Below, one piece after another: positions 10,853-23,112 of a stretch of DNA of 64,000 nucleotides. Made by a program: the position numbers and the translations under genes. A model generated the notes under the pieces. The model was not told the DNA's origin and searched no databases. It saw only the letters and a list, made by a program, of their open reading frames with translations. Source of the stretch: Octopus sinensis. Taxonomy: Eukaryota. The DNA lies in NCBI RefSeq assembly GCF_006345805.1, contig NC_042997.1, positions 152,954,001-153,018,000 of the forward strand. The letters run 5' to 3'. Within the stretch, counting starts at the first letter, position 1, and every line of letters starts with the position of its first letter.

Positions 10853-11813
10853 GTTCTTGACTGAAGAATGACCCGTCCGTTTTTTGTATCGTCTATTTGT
10901 ATGTTTTGCGTTCTTGTCCCATTTTGTATTTTCATATATATTTTTATACATATATTATTGCGGCGTACGTACACCTTGTTCCCTTATGTATGTAAGCATT
11001 CCACTAAACTTTGTACGACTTCTACAAACACTTTCTCTGTACTTCACTTGTCTCTGTCTTTCTCTTTTCTCGCCTCTTTGATTCTTTGGTCTCCTCTTTC
11101 CCCACTCTCTCACATTTCTCTGCCTTTCTTACTCTGCACTTCACTGACCCTGTCTTTCTTTTGCCCCGCCAATCCTTGGCACGCTCTCTTTCTTCTCCCT
11201 CTCCTTAATTCCTTCTTTTTCTCTCTTCTCGCCTTCCTTAATACCTTTGTCCCTCTTTTTTCTCTATCTTCTCCCTCTGTTTAATTCCTTTACCCCTTTT
11301 TTCTCTCTGTTCTCTTCTCACGTGACCGCCCGTCAACTATAGCCTTTCGGCTTCTGACCAGCGCCATACAACACCGAAATTTTCGTCTGCCGTAAGGCAT
11401 TATTTTTCAAATACGCCAGCTAAGTTGAACTGTCCAAAGTCGAAAGACGACCGTTGTTTTTGTCTTGTTATTATTATTATTGTTGTTGCTGTTATTATTA
11501 TTATTATTGTTTTTTGTATTTATATTCGTATTACCTTTTGTTTTTTGTATTTATATTCGTGTAACATCGTCCGTTTTTCTGTCCTTGTTTCGTATACATT
11601 CGATCCTTTTTCCAAGAAATCTAATGCTCGTAGCTTAGTTTTTCCTTGGGCCTGGCCAGATCGGAGCAATCTCAAGATTAATCAGCCGAAATTGCGAGGA
11701 TGATTCTGTTCTTGACTGAAGATTAGAAGCTTCGAATGACCCGTCAGTTTTTTGTATCGCCTATTTGTATGTTTTGCGTTCTTGTCCTATTTTGTATTTT
11801 TATATATATTTTT

Positions 11814-11820
<7 letters not shown>
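10853..11820. mobile_element. About 1-kb non-coding element bounded by about 100-bp direct repeats
   Basis: 10853-10952 matches 11708-11820 (GTTCTTGACTGAAGA..ATGACCCGTC..TTTGTATGTTTTGCGTTCTTGTCC). Flanked by (TA)n on both sides. Class not determined. Confidence 0.55.
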
Positions 11821-11911
<91 letters not shown>

Positions 11912-13559
11912 CAGAGAGAGAGAGAGAGAGAAAGATAAAGGTTAATGGGCTTATCTCACTGCATGGCCTTAGTTAATGATCGGAACATGCAAAAAATAAA
12001 TTATCTAGTTAATTGTACTTATCCGCTTTCACACCAGCAGACAAACCCTTGATAGCAGGGGTGTGTTCATGAGTAGAAGTCTCATGATCTCCGCACATCA
12101 TGTCGCATGATCTCCGAATATCATGTCTCGTGAGGTGATGAATCTTCATTCGTAAAGTTCCAGCCCAGGTTGTGGGGCTTGACAAGTTTTGTATTATTAT
12201 TTATAGATGACCAGCAGTTACTTCCCTGTCTACGGTATTGAAGGTATGAAAGAGAAAGGCAAAGACACGTACATCTTTGATACTGATATCGTCGAGGGCG
12301 TTGTGCCAACTGGCGTAAACTCCCGAACAAATAATACTGTAGAACATTCTGTCAGACTTTCTAAAAATTCCTTAATTCACCGCCATAGTCTGACCCTTTA
12401 TTTATCGAAACTGATAACGATTAAAGGGAAAGTAGGCGACCGTGAGATCTGAAGTCATTTGGTGACCATGAGATTTGATATTAGAATGACTTCGATCTGA
12501 CGGAACAAAACAAGGCAATGCATTCTATTTGATGCTATAACAACTCTACCACCACAATGAATTTAAAGCTATTTTTTATTTATTATTTCCATATGTATAA
12601 AAGAAATATTTGACAGTATATAAAATGGAAGTATTCAAGGCTACTTTTATCATCACGATAGATATCTTAACAGTTAACTGTACTTTAATATTCACTCAGT
12701 AATGGTATGCTCCCTAAGCAAACATGTTCTACAAAATATTACAGAAGAGAACTGAAACCATTAAATTTGATGTTGACAGGATACAAATAAACAATTACGT
12801 ATCTCCGGTGCCGTACCGAAAGTTATCTTTGTCAGAATTTTATTGTACATGAGGTATTTCGATAAACACTTTCATTCAGATCAGCACTTCTAATTAAAGT
12901 ATAAGTAGTTTTCACAGTAAGTAAACATTTTATTATAAAAGGAACGTGAAATTTGTTAGGAAATATTTTAGGTGTGCTCTATTATTTAGCATCTGTCACC
13001 AGCATAGACTGGAAATTAGCTGGATCAACTTAACCCGTCAAAACGATTACACAGTTGTCTGGGCCAGTACGAATTGAAACATTTAATTCAGATAAACATA
13101 AAGCAACTAGAAGCACCTATTTCACAACAACTGTCAACGACTCTAAGAAGGGGAAAATTTGATGACAATAAGTTAGTTACATGTGTGTGTGTGTGTGTGT
13201 GCGTGTGTTCATATGTGCGTGTTTGTGTGTGTGTAACTATATGTAAAAACCACTTCGATACAGAAATCCTTGCCCTGAGCGACAACCAGACAAATTCGAG
13301 GTCTTTTATCATGTTGCTTCAAATGTAATTGCTCCGATGACCTTAATGAAGCTGTTGTCCATTTATTGGTGACTCCAGTTTCCATAGGTTACTGGAAACA
13401 TGTAGCATTAGACCTTAGTTATTAATGATACATAACAAAAGGCCACTAGCACAATAGAGTAAGCTGAATCTTAATTCGTGTTTCCTTCATAACAAATTCT
13501 AAACGTAATTCTTATTTGCCACAAAATAGTCTGCTGTCATTCTACAGCACCACCTTGAA

Positions 13560-13798
13560 TTTTTAGTCCAATGACCCCAGTGCTTCTTTTTTTACTTATT
13601 TCATCGGTATGTCTTGCCGAACAACTAGGCTATGAGAACGCAAACACACCATCGCCGGTTGTCAAGAGGATGTGGTGAGACAAACACACACAAAAAAAGA
13701 CTTGCACACATAGATAGATATGTATGTACATAGATGGGACTGAACGCGGGACCATGTAGTTGGGAAGCAAGCTTGCTCCCACACACCCATGCCTGCGC
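13560..13798 (-). mobile_element. Degraded CORE-like SINE (head plus 3' module)
   Basis: GGGACTGAACGCGGGACCATGTAGTTGG head, and CATCGCCGGTTGTCAAG 3' module. Confidence 0.65.
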
Positions 13799-14119
13799 TT
13801 ATACATGTGTGTGTGCGCGTGCGTGTATGTACGCCTTTGTATTTGTCCCCACCCACCAACACCAACACCACTAATGTTGGACATATGATGTGGGTCATTT
13901 TATATCCCAGAAGCTTAGCAGTTCGACATCTACAACCGATAGACTATGAACCAGATTAAAAAAAAATTAATTTTAGACAGTATGCTTTCTCTAATATTTA
14001 ATTTAACCCTCTGCAATTTTCTCTTCACATTAACCGTCTTAATCTTTTCTTTTTTGCTTGTTCCAGTTCATTAGTTTCCGGCCAAGCCGGGACACTTAAG
14101 AATTTTGGGATGAACGAAT

Positions 14120-14250
14120 TGATCCCAGTACCTTTTTTAAGCATCTCACTTCTTTTATTCTTTTAGCGAACCGACAAGATACGGGGACGTAAATACGCCA
14201 GCACCGATTGTCAAGCAGTGATGAGGGACAAACACAGAAACGCACGCGCA
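14120..14250 (-). mobile_element. 3' module of the CORE-like SINE
   Basis: GGGGACGTAAATACGCCAGCACCGATTGTCAAGCAGTG matches the reverse complement of 30120-30185. Confidence 0.7.
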
Positions 14251-14251
14251 G

Positions 14252-14372
<121 letters not shown>

Positions 14373-14451
14373 ATTGTTAAACAGGACGTCAAATATTAAG
14401 GCAATGCCAACATCTCAAGTAATATACAATATTATTATAGGAAGAAATTCA

Positions 14452-14511
14452 AAATCTTACAGCTCTTTCTGAGATATCTCTGAATATGGGATATTCCGTC
14501 ATCAGAGATAA
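14452..14511 (-). ncRNA. Type I hammerhead-like motif
   Basis: Reverse complement reads UAUCU CUGAUGA C GGAAUAUC...GAUAUCUC A GAAA GAGCU GUA AGAU. Canonical CUGAUGA core. Confidence 0.55.
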
Positions 14512-15026
14512 ATAGGAGAAAATATATGGAAAATAAGAATGGTATATATATCAATAAGATGACGACATAGAGGAATGGAGTAAAAGAATAAGAAGAGGAA
14601 GATGAAAACAGAAAAGAAAATAGGAAGCAAAAAAGTTCGTACTTCAACTTTCCGAAGAAACCAAAAAATGAGTCATTAGGTGCAATCCTGCGTTGATCCA
14701 TTAGCGTAAGTCTTTAGGTGCAATCATATGTATATCCATGTGAGTTAAAGTCCTGATATAGTAGACATCCCAAGAAAAAGACGCGAACATTTCAACGTTT
14801 GATAACAGAATGGTAGCGAAGGTGGTTATTAATTGGTAAAAGTAAAGAAAATATCTACGCAGGATTGCACCTAAGGACTCATGCTTTGGTTTCTTCCTAA
14901 AGTTGAACTACGAACTTTTATGCTTCTTTTTTTTTTCTGTTTCCATCTCCTTATTCTTTTACTTAATTCCTCTATATTGTCATCTAATTGATATATACAT
15001 TCTCATTTTCCATATTATCCCCCAAT

Positions 15027-15088
15027 TTGTCTTTGATGACGGGATATCCCATACTCGGAGATATCCCAGAAACAGTTGTAAGGAGTTT
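15027..15088 (+). ncRNA. Type I hammerhead-like motif
   Basis: GTCT TTGATGA C GGGATATC(11 nt)GATATCCC A GAAA C AGTT GTA AGG. Perfect 8-bp stem II and 2-bp stem III; position 3 is U. Confidence 0.55.
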
Positions 15089-15799
15089 GAATTTCTTCCT
15101 ATAATAATATTGCATATGACTTGAGATGCTTGCCTTGCTTTAATATTTGACGTCCTGCTTAACAATTATATATCCGCTGCATCGGAAATCTGCAATGGCT
15201 CCATAACTACCGTCTTGGCTATAAACTTGGACCCCCAGTAATATGTTACGGCACTTACTTAGCGTACCTAATCGTTTAGATCACCCGTGAACTAAACCCC
15301 CATACTTTGTGTATATATATATGTGTGTGTGTGTCTAGAACAATAATTTTTCAAAAAGTAACATATCAATTGGCTAAAAACATTAACCTCCAATCTCCAT
15401 TTAGTTTTAACCCATTATTAAAATGTGCCTGATGCTTTAATACGAACATAAATTTATAGTAGTTATGTTCATTGAACTTAAACTGATTCTATGCGGTGCA
15501 TATGAACCGTTTATAATTTTTTTTGTTTGAAATAGTCTTTGCCTTAAAAAAAAAATGAAACTTATTCTGGTGAATCCTTTTGAAACTGCTTGTGATTAGT
15601 CCAAATGAAACCGTTTACTAATTGGTTAAATTAAAACAGTCTCTGCTGATTTGATCGGTTCATCTGAATGCTTTTCTGATAGGGAGTAATTGAAATTGGC
15701 TCAATTTTGATTTTTACTACCATCTTTTTTAGAATGCTTAATATTGGTTTCAAATTTGGGCGCAAGGGCAGCGAGTTCGAGAAGAGCATAAGTCGATTT

Positions 15800-15955
15800 C
15801 AACGACACCCGTGTTCAACAGGTAATTATTTTATCGAGCCCAAAAAGATGAAAGCAAAGTCGACCTCGGCGGTATTCCATCTCAACGTAAAGACAGAAGA
15901 AATGTCGCTAAGTTTTTTCCCCAAGCGTGTTAACGACTGTGCTAGCTCGTTGCCA
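15800..15955 (-). mobile_element. Deu/Nin-domain SINE, diverged
   Basis: GATGAAAGCAAAGTCGACCTCGGCGG, and the head-side CTAGCTCGTTGCC. Confidence 0.7.
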
Positions 15956-15986
15956 TTAACACGTTTAATATTATAAATCAGAAAAT

Positions 15987-16190
15987 GTCGGTGAACTGAC
16001 AGAACCTTTTGCACGCCGGGCTTTTCGTCCTTCTTTACGTTCTGAGTTCAAATTCTGCCGAGGTCGACTTTGTCTTTCATCCTTTCTCGCTTGATAAAAT
16101 AAGTACCGGTTGAGCACTGGGGTCGATGTAACGGACCTACCTCCATCCCCTAAATTGCTGTCCTTGTTCCAAAATTCGCAAGCAATACTA
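15987..16190 (+). mobile_element. Deu/Nin-domain SINE
   Basis: GCACGCCGGG...GAGTTCAAATTCTGCCGAGGTCGACTTTGTCTTTCATCC. Confidence 0.8.
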
Positions 16191-16789
16191 TAAATAAGAA
16201 AATTCAGGATTTATATTTTCTACAATAACAAACACTGACAAAAAAACCCCGACTTCTAATCTTTTTGATTCCGTTTCAGAAGTAAATGTGAATATGTAAA
16301 AGACTTTATGAGAGAATGATTGAAAAGACTGACGAGTTCCTTCCTTAAAAATAATATATATTATAATATAATATAGGTAAAATTTTCAATTTATCCGAAA
16401 GAAAGTTAAATCTTTCCACCTTTTATTTGTACTAGATGCTTATGTTATGTTTATCAACAAAAGATAAGGAAAATATAATCAATTTCTTTAAATATAACTT
16501 TCATAATCTCTTTTATCTATTCTCATATACTTTTGGGAATGCTTTATATTGGTAAAAAAAAACAACAGAGGAATTTTTCAAACGGGTACTCTGAGATTAC
16601 AGTGAAAGTGAATGCTGAATTCACTTATTAACATATTAAAAATTAAATATCGATTTTTGATAAAGAAAATAGCAAGAAAGCTGCAGAGCACTATAGAACA
16701 TTTCCAACAAAGATTTTCTCTTGCAAAAAGAAAAAAAAAATCTGTTAATAAGGAATAATTTGTTGTCAGATGGAGGCTGTGGTCAGATG

Positions 16790-16878
16790 GAGGCAATACT
16801 ATAAGACACTTCCCCAAGTGGGACTGAACCCGAAACCTTGTGGTTGGGAAGCAAAATTCTTACCACACAGTCACGCTT
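16790..16878 (-). mobile_element. CORE-like SINE head fragment followed by (TG)n
   Basis: GGGACTGAACCCGAAACCTTGTGGTTGGGAAGCAAA. Confidence 0.75.
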
Positions 16879-16954
16879 ATATGTATGTATGTGTGTGTGT
16901 ATGTATGTATGTGTAAGTGTGTGTGAGTGTATGTGTGTGTGTATGTGTGTGTGT

Positions 16955-17005
<51 letters not shown>

Positions 17006-17224
17006 AATTGAATACAAAACAAAATCTCGCAACCGGATTAAGAACTGAAGTCAATAACATGATATTTTCGTAGATATCGTTTGCAGAAATTTAACGGAGG
17101 AAAGTCAAAAATGCATTAGCAGCTTTCTTACAAACATAGGCATAGCCGGGGTCAGTATATTCCTGTCCTCTCAACACCCCAACACATGTCTATTAATGTT
17201 AAGAAAGTAAGGACTTACTTTTTT

Positions 17225-17362
17225 ATTTACATATTTCAGTCATTCGACTGTTTAAGCCTGGTAATTACTCAATCGGTCTGTTTTGACGAACCACTGTGTT
17301 ACGGGAACGTAAATGCACCGATTTGCAAGCGGTGATAGGGGCCAGACGCAAACACCACACAC

Positions 17363-17431
<69 letters not shown>

Positions 17432-17521
17432 TATACATATATATATATATATATTATATATATATATATTATATATATGTATTTATATATATATATATAT
17501 TATATATATATATATTAATAT

Positions 17522-17561
<40 letters not shown>

Positions 17562-17706
17562 CGACGGCTTCTTTCTGTTTCCCTCTATCAAATCTACATA
17601 CAAGGCTGTTGTCAGACCGAGGCAATACTATAAGCCACTTCCCCAAGTGGGACTGAACCCGAAACCTTGTGGTTGGGAAGCAAACTCTTACCACACAGCC
17701 ACGCCT
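17225..17706 (-). mobile_element. Bipartite CORE-like SINE: head, internal (TA)n, 3' module
   Basis: Head at about 17562-17706, (TA)n at about 17365-17560, 3' module at about 17225-17360. Confidence 0.75.
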
Positions 17707-17742
17707 ATATGTATGTGTGTGTCTGTGTGTGTGTGTGTGTGT

Positions 17743-17796
<54 letters not shown>

Positions 17797-18065
17797 AATG
17801 CGAGTCATGGAATTCTTTCGATTGCTAATTACTCATCTATGGTCACGGGTACTATAAACAAATGCGGTGTCGGTCAACTGACGTGTTTCCCAGACAAAGA
17901 TGCATAAAAGTGTAATTTGTTATGCGAATTTGAATGAAGTCCAAAGACAAAGTATTTTTTGTATTTCCCATTTCATTCCCTACTACCATCCTGCTTTCCA
18001 ACAATAGTGGCATTTCTGCTGTGTACAGGGCTTCAGGATCCTACCGTGACCGCAAACTGAGGACT

Positions 18066-18205
18066 CGATGGCTGAGAGATATCATTTCCTTACCAACCAC
18101 ATGGTTCCGGGTTCAATCCCACTGCGTGGCACGCTGGTCAAGTGTCTTCTACTATAGCCTTCTGGGTGGATTTGGTAAACGGGAACTGAAAGAAGCCCGT
18201 CGTAT
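18066..18205 (+). mobile_element. CORE-like SINE head
   Basis: ACCAACCACATGGTTCCGGGTTCAATCCCACTGCGTGGCACGCTGGTCAAGTGTCTTCTACTATAGCC. Confidence 0.8.
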
Positions 18206-18207
18206 AC

Positions 18208-18285
<78 letters not shown>

Positions 18286-18287
18286 TA

Positions 18288-18348
<61 letters not shown>

Positions 18349-18375
18349 TATATATATATACATATATATATGTAT

Positions 18376-18407
<32 letters not shown>

Positions 18408-18482
18408 ATATATATATGTATATATATATATATATGTATGTATATATTATATATATATATGTATTATATATATATATGTATG

Positions 18483-18518
<36 letters not shown>

Positions 18519-18521
<3 letters not shown>

Positions 18522-20001
18522 TTTGGCATCCTTTCTGTCTCGGGAGACAATGGAGTTGCGCATTTTTTTTTTTTTTTCTAGGTCTAGTCCGGCTGTTATA
18601 TTTTATTTCCTGTACATTTCTTGCTGTGGCTGTGTAGTCCTATCCTGGACAAACACTCCCTCTGGCAGGTACTGCAAATGTAGCGAAGACTGTTCCTGGC
18701 TGATTGTATGCCATGGTCTCTTGTTTATGTCTCTTCCTTTCTTTCCATTTCTCCTCTCTCTTTCTGTCACTCCTCTGTATACCCTCTTTTACTGTACGTC
18801 GCCATTCTCCACGGTTGCCGGCGACTGCCTCCCAACCGCTAATGTTGATGTTGCAGGCCTTCATATCCCTTTTGCAACATCCTTGTAACGTAAGATCGGT
18901 CTACCCACAGACCTAGTACCCCTAGCAAGCTCTCCGTAGAGTATGTCCTTGGGGATTCTGCCATCTTTCATACGGCTAACATGCCCAAGCCATCTCATAC
19001 GTCTTTGTGTGAGGAGTGCAAACATGCTTGGTATTCCTGCTTGCCTGAGGACATCTTTGTTGGGGATATGATTCTGCCATTTGATGTGGAGGATTTTTCG
19101 GAGGCAGCGCAGGTGAAAGATGTTTAGGCGACGCTCTTGGCGTGTGTATAGCGTCCAGGTCTCGCTTCCATACAGTAGAGTGCTGAGTACACATGCCTGG
19201 TAGATATTCATTTTTGTGGTCTTGGTCAGCTTATTGTTGTCCCAAGCCCGTTTGGAGAGTTGGGCCATCGCAGCAGCTGCCTTGCCAATGCGTATATTGA
19301 GCTCAGCGTCAAGGGATAGGTTGTAGGTGACGGTAGAGCCCAGATAGGTAAACTTCTCCACCTCTTGTAATCTGTGGTCTCCAATATGTATGTTTGGGAT
19401 GTCCGATGTAGCCTGGCCCATGATGTTGGTCTTCTTAAGGCTGATAGCTAAGCCAAAGTCGTTACATGCTTGCTCAAAACAGTTAATGAGCCTTTGGAGG
19501 GCTTCTTCTGTGTGTGTTACCAGAGCGGCATCATCAGCAAATAACATCTCCTTGATCAGGACGTTTCTGATTTTGGTCTTGGCACGCAGGCGCGAGAGAT
19601 TGAACAGTTTCCCGTCACTTCTACTGTGCAGAAACACTCCATCATCTGATGTCTGAAAGGCATGTGACAGCAAGAGTGAGAAGAAGATGCCAAACAATGT
19701 AGGAGCGGGGACACAGCCTTGCTTTACCCCGTTTTTTATTTGGAAGGCGGCTGATGTTGAACCGTTGTGCTGTATGGTGCCTTGCATGTCATCATGGAAA
19801 GACTTGATGATCCTCAGCAGCTTTGGTGGACATCCGATTTTTTGGAGCAGGAGGAAGAGGCCTGTTCTGCTTACCGAGTCAAAAGCCTTTGTTAGATCAA
19901 TGAAGGCCATATATAATGGCATTTTCTGCTCTCTGGACTTCTCCTGAAGTTGGCGTATGGAGAATATCATATCGATAGTTGATCTGCTTCTTCTAAAGCC
20001 A
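18519..20001 (-). mobile_element. 5'-truncated RTE (BovB-like) LINE with open RT frame
   Basis: GFRRSRSTIDMIF, AFIDLTKAFDSV, GVKQGCVPAPTLF, LFADDAAL, FTYLGS, LLYGSETW, RWLGHVSRM are open for about 375 codons. After frameshifts comes a C-terminal [14 protein letters not shown] motif and the 3' end CTCCATTGTCTCCCGAGACAG. Confidence 0.95.
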
Positions 20002-20013
20002 TATATATATATG

Positions 20014-20052
<39 letters not shown>

Positions 20053-20056
<4 letters not shown>

Positions 20057-20319
20057 TGTGTGTCTGTTTGTTCCCCACACCATTGCTTGTCAACCAATGT
20101 TAGGGCGTTTACGTCCCCATAACATAGCGGTTCGACCATAGAGACGGCTAGAACAAGTAATAGGCTTACAAAGAATAAGTCCTGGGGTCGATCTGTTCGA
20201 TTAAATGCGGCGAACCAGCATGGCCGCAGTCAAATGACTGAAACAAATAAAAGAATATATATCTATATATACACGCACACACACACTCACACACACATAT
20301 CTATGAATCTAAATAATAC

Positions 20320-20398
<79 letters not shown>

Positions 20399-20678
20399 CA
20401 TATATATAAATATATGTGTGTGTCTGTTTGTTCCCCACACCATTGCTTGTCACCAATGTAGGGCGTTTACGCCCCCATAACATAGCGGTTCGACCATAGA
20501 GACGGCTAGAACAAGTAATAGGCTTACAAAGAATAAGTCCTGGGGTCGATCTGTTCGATTAAATGCGGCGAACCAGCATGGCCGCAGTCAAATGACTGAA
20601 ACAAATAAAAGAATATATATATCTATATATACACGCACACACACACTCACACACACACATATCTATGAATCTAAATAA

Positions 20679-20740
<62 letters not shown>

Positions 20741-20760
20741 CATACATATATATAAATATA
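20053..20760 (+). repeat. Tandem duplication (about 360-bp unit) of the SINE 3' module plus microsatellite
   Basis: The copies starting near 20053 and 20413 share the same private variants (GACCATAGAGACGGCTAGAACAAGTAATAGGC). Confidence 0.9.
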
Positions 20761-21964
20761 TGTGTTGTCTGTTTGTGTGTGCTAGAATAAATACGTGATA
20801 GAATAAATACGAAATTTAAGATAGATACCGGTTGGGGCTATCGATTCAGTCAACTAAATATTTCAAGGCTGTAACACAATGACCGAAACAAGTATAAGAA
20901 TAATAGATTTCTTTCATACTCACTTTCAAATATTTGTAGTCTATTTTGAAACGAAGCGTTCCACACTGAACAAAAAACAATTTTTTAACAGATTCCCAGT
21001 TATTACGCAGTAGGCAAGTGCGGTAAATTAACTTATTGAAAGTTAATTAAAATTGAAGCTAACTTATTAACATTAATAACATATCAAAAGCATAAAACAC
21101 TGAAACCGAAATGTTGATTGTAATTATTTTCGTATAAAAAGAAATATAAGAAAGTAATGCAGTCAAAGGTTAGTCGTGTCATCAGTATCAATCATTTCCC
21201 TTGTTGCGCCGACTCATCTGTAAAACCATACGAACGTCTTGGTACTTGTGTTATGCACCACACCAGGCTGTTTTTTTCACCTACCACTTCGTTTTAAATA
21301 CCATACATCTAAGTTCATACTGTACCTCTCTGATAGACAAGGATATATGGTCATGAAAATCCTATTTTGTGATGAAGATATACATATTTATGGCTACTTT
21401 TTCGTTGCTCTGTAAAGGACTATAGAGGGCCTATCTGTTGTCACACAGCTCTCAGGCAGATATTTTTCTGTTTCATAGATCATATTAATAGGCTGCCTGT
21501 TTTAGGTAGCACTAGTAATTGTCAGAAGGATGGAAACATTTTCTATATGTCTCAGCCCGATGTCTCCATTCATTTAGATCTCTAGATCTCTACATCATCG
21601 TTATCGTTATTCACGTCATTGAAATTGTTCAAAATAATATTTTAATGTTGTCAGAAAAAGAATATTTGTTTCTCGTTGTGAAAAATAGTAATCATCTAAC
21701 GGAAAGAGAAAGAATGTGCTTTTCGTTTCGTTAGTTTTAAGTGTTCTTTTTTTCCTTTTTGTAGAAATATTTTTATACCTTGTAACCATTTTGGCAGTAA
21801 CCGTGTGGCAGAAGAGAATATGTTTTCTTCACAAATTAAAGTATTTTTTTCTCAAACGCCGAAAAATTGATGCTAACGATTAAATTTCTAACCTTTTATT
21901 TAGAAGCAAAAGACCATGACACAGACGAGCCAGTTTTTCTGACTATCTCAAAATAATAATAATC

Positions 21965-22176
21965 CTTTCTACTATAGAGACAAGGCCTGCAATTTTGGGG
22001 CGAATGGGACTAGTTGATTATATCGACCCAGTGCTCGCCTGGGACTTAATTTATCGGCCCCGAAAGGATGAAAGGAAAAGTCGACTTCGGCGGAATTTCA
22101 ATTCAGAACGTAGCCACGGTCAAAATTTTGACCGGCGTGCTAACGATTCTGCCAGCTCACTGCCTTAATAATAATA

Positions 22177-22209
<33 letters not shown>

Positions 22210-22420
22210 TTCTCCTATAATGACAAGGCCTGAAATTTTGGGAAAGAATTTAAGTCAGTTACATCGACCCCAGTACTCAACCAGTGCTTAATTTATCAAA
22301 CCCGAAAGGATGAAAGGCAAAGTCGACCTCGGCGGAATTTGAACGCAAAACGGAGCGACGAGTGAAATACCGCGAAGCACGTCGCCCGGCGTGCTAATGA
22401 TTCTGCCAGCTCGCCGCCTT
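21965..22420 (-). mobile_element. Two Deu/Nin-domain SINEs separated by (TAA)n
   Basis: Copies at about 21965-22168 and 22208-22420, each with GGATGAAAGG(A/C)AAAGTCGAC(T/C)TCGGCGGAATTT. Confidence 0.85.
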
Positions 22421-22461
22421 AATAATAATAATAATAATAATAATAATATAATAATAATAAT

Positions 22462-23020
22462 AAATGCCCTGATGCAGTACCAGGCAGTGGCTCTCATGGC
22501 TTCTGATCTTAACTGATTGGAAGTGTTATCATGTACATTGTTTTGTCTTGGTATAAAAGATGGGCTACAGCAAATATTCTGCTCAATACCACAGATTTGC
22601 TTGTCAGTTGTTTGACCTTAACCAGTTGAGCATGTCCCTTAGTGGCTGACGATATGTGCATCTCTGATCACGAGCAGAAGTAGTGGGGGAGCATCATAGC
22701 CATGTGTTGAGCGGGATTCTTTGGGGTTTGAATAGTTCACCTCTGGAAACATGGGTGGTTCTTTCAACATCCTTAAGCAACCCTTATTCAGGGACCGTTT
22801 GAGCGGGATGGGCTACTCAACCTGAAGAAAATTCTAACTGGGCCCCACCTGCAAGGTCATGTGCTGTTTATCTTGATATGAGATCACCATGTCGCGCACA
22901 TATGGTTGTGATGCATGTGCCTGGTGTACCTTTATCAGACGGGTAGTCATGATGGGTATATTGGGCTTCGTATATTTTACCCCAGTGTCACTTTGATGGC
23001 ATGAACTGCTCTCTCACTCA
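22462..23020. mobile_element. About 560-bp non-coding interspersed element inserted in (TAA)n
   Basis: Sharply higher-GC segment with (TAA)n on both sides and no ORF. I recall it as a high-copy octopus repeat (not verified). Confidence 0.6.
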
Positions 23021-23029
23021 ATAATAATA

Positions 23030-23048
23030 ATAGTAGTAGTAGTAGTAA

Positions 23049-23095
<47 letters not shown>

Positions 23096-23112
23096 ACAAC
23101 AACAACAACAAC
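23030..23112. repeat. (TAG)n/(CAA)n microsatellite
   Basis: Seen directly. Confidence 0.95.

Noticed and set aside
11708-11745. CTGAAGA...GAA...GTC as a hammerhead
   Set aside because: No stem I pairing, no A15.1, and the other repeat copy lacks the middle segment.
12207-12243. Possible exon (TTATAG|ATGACC...GAAG|GTATGA)
   Set aside because: Splice-like dinucleotides only, with no recognisable peptide. This is expected by chance in AT-rich DNA.
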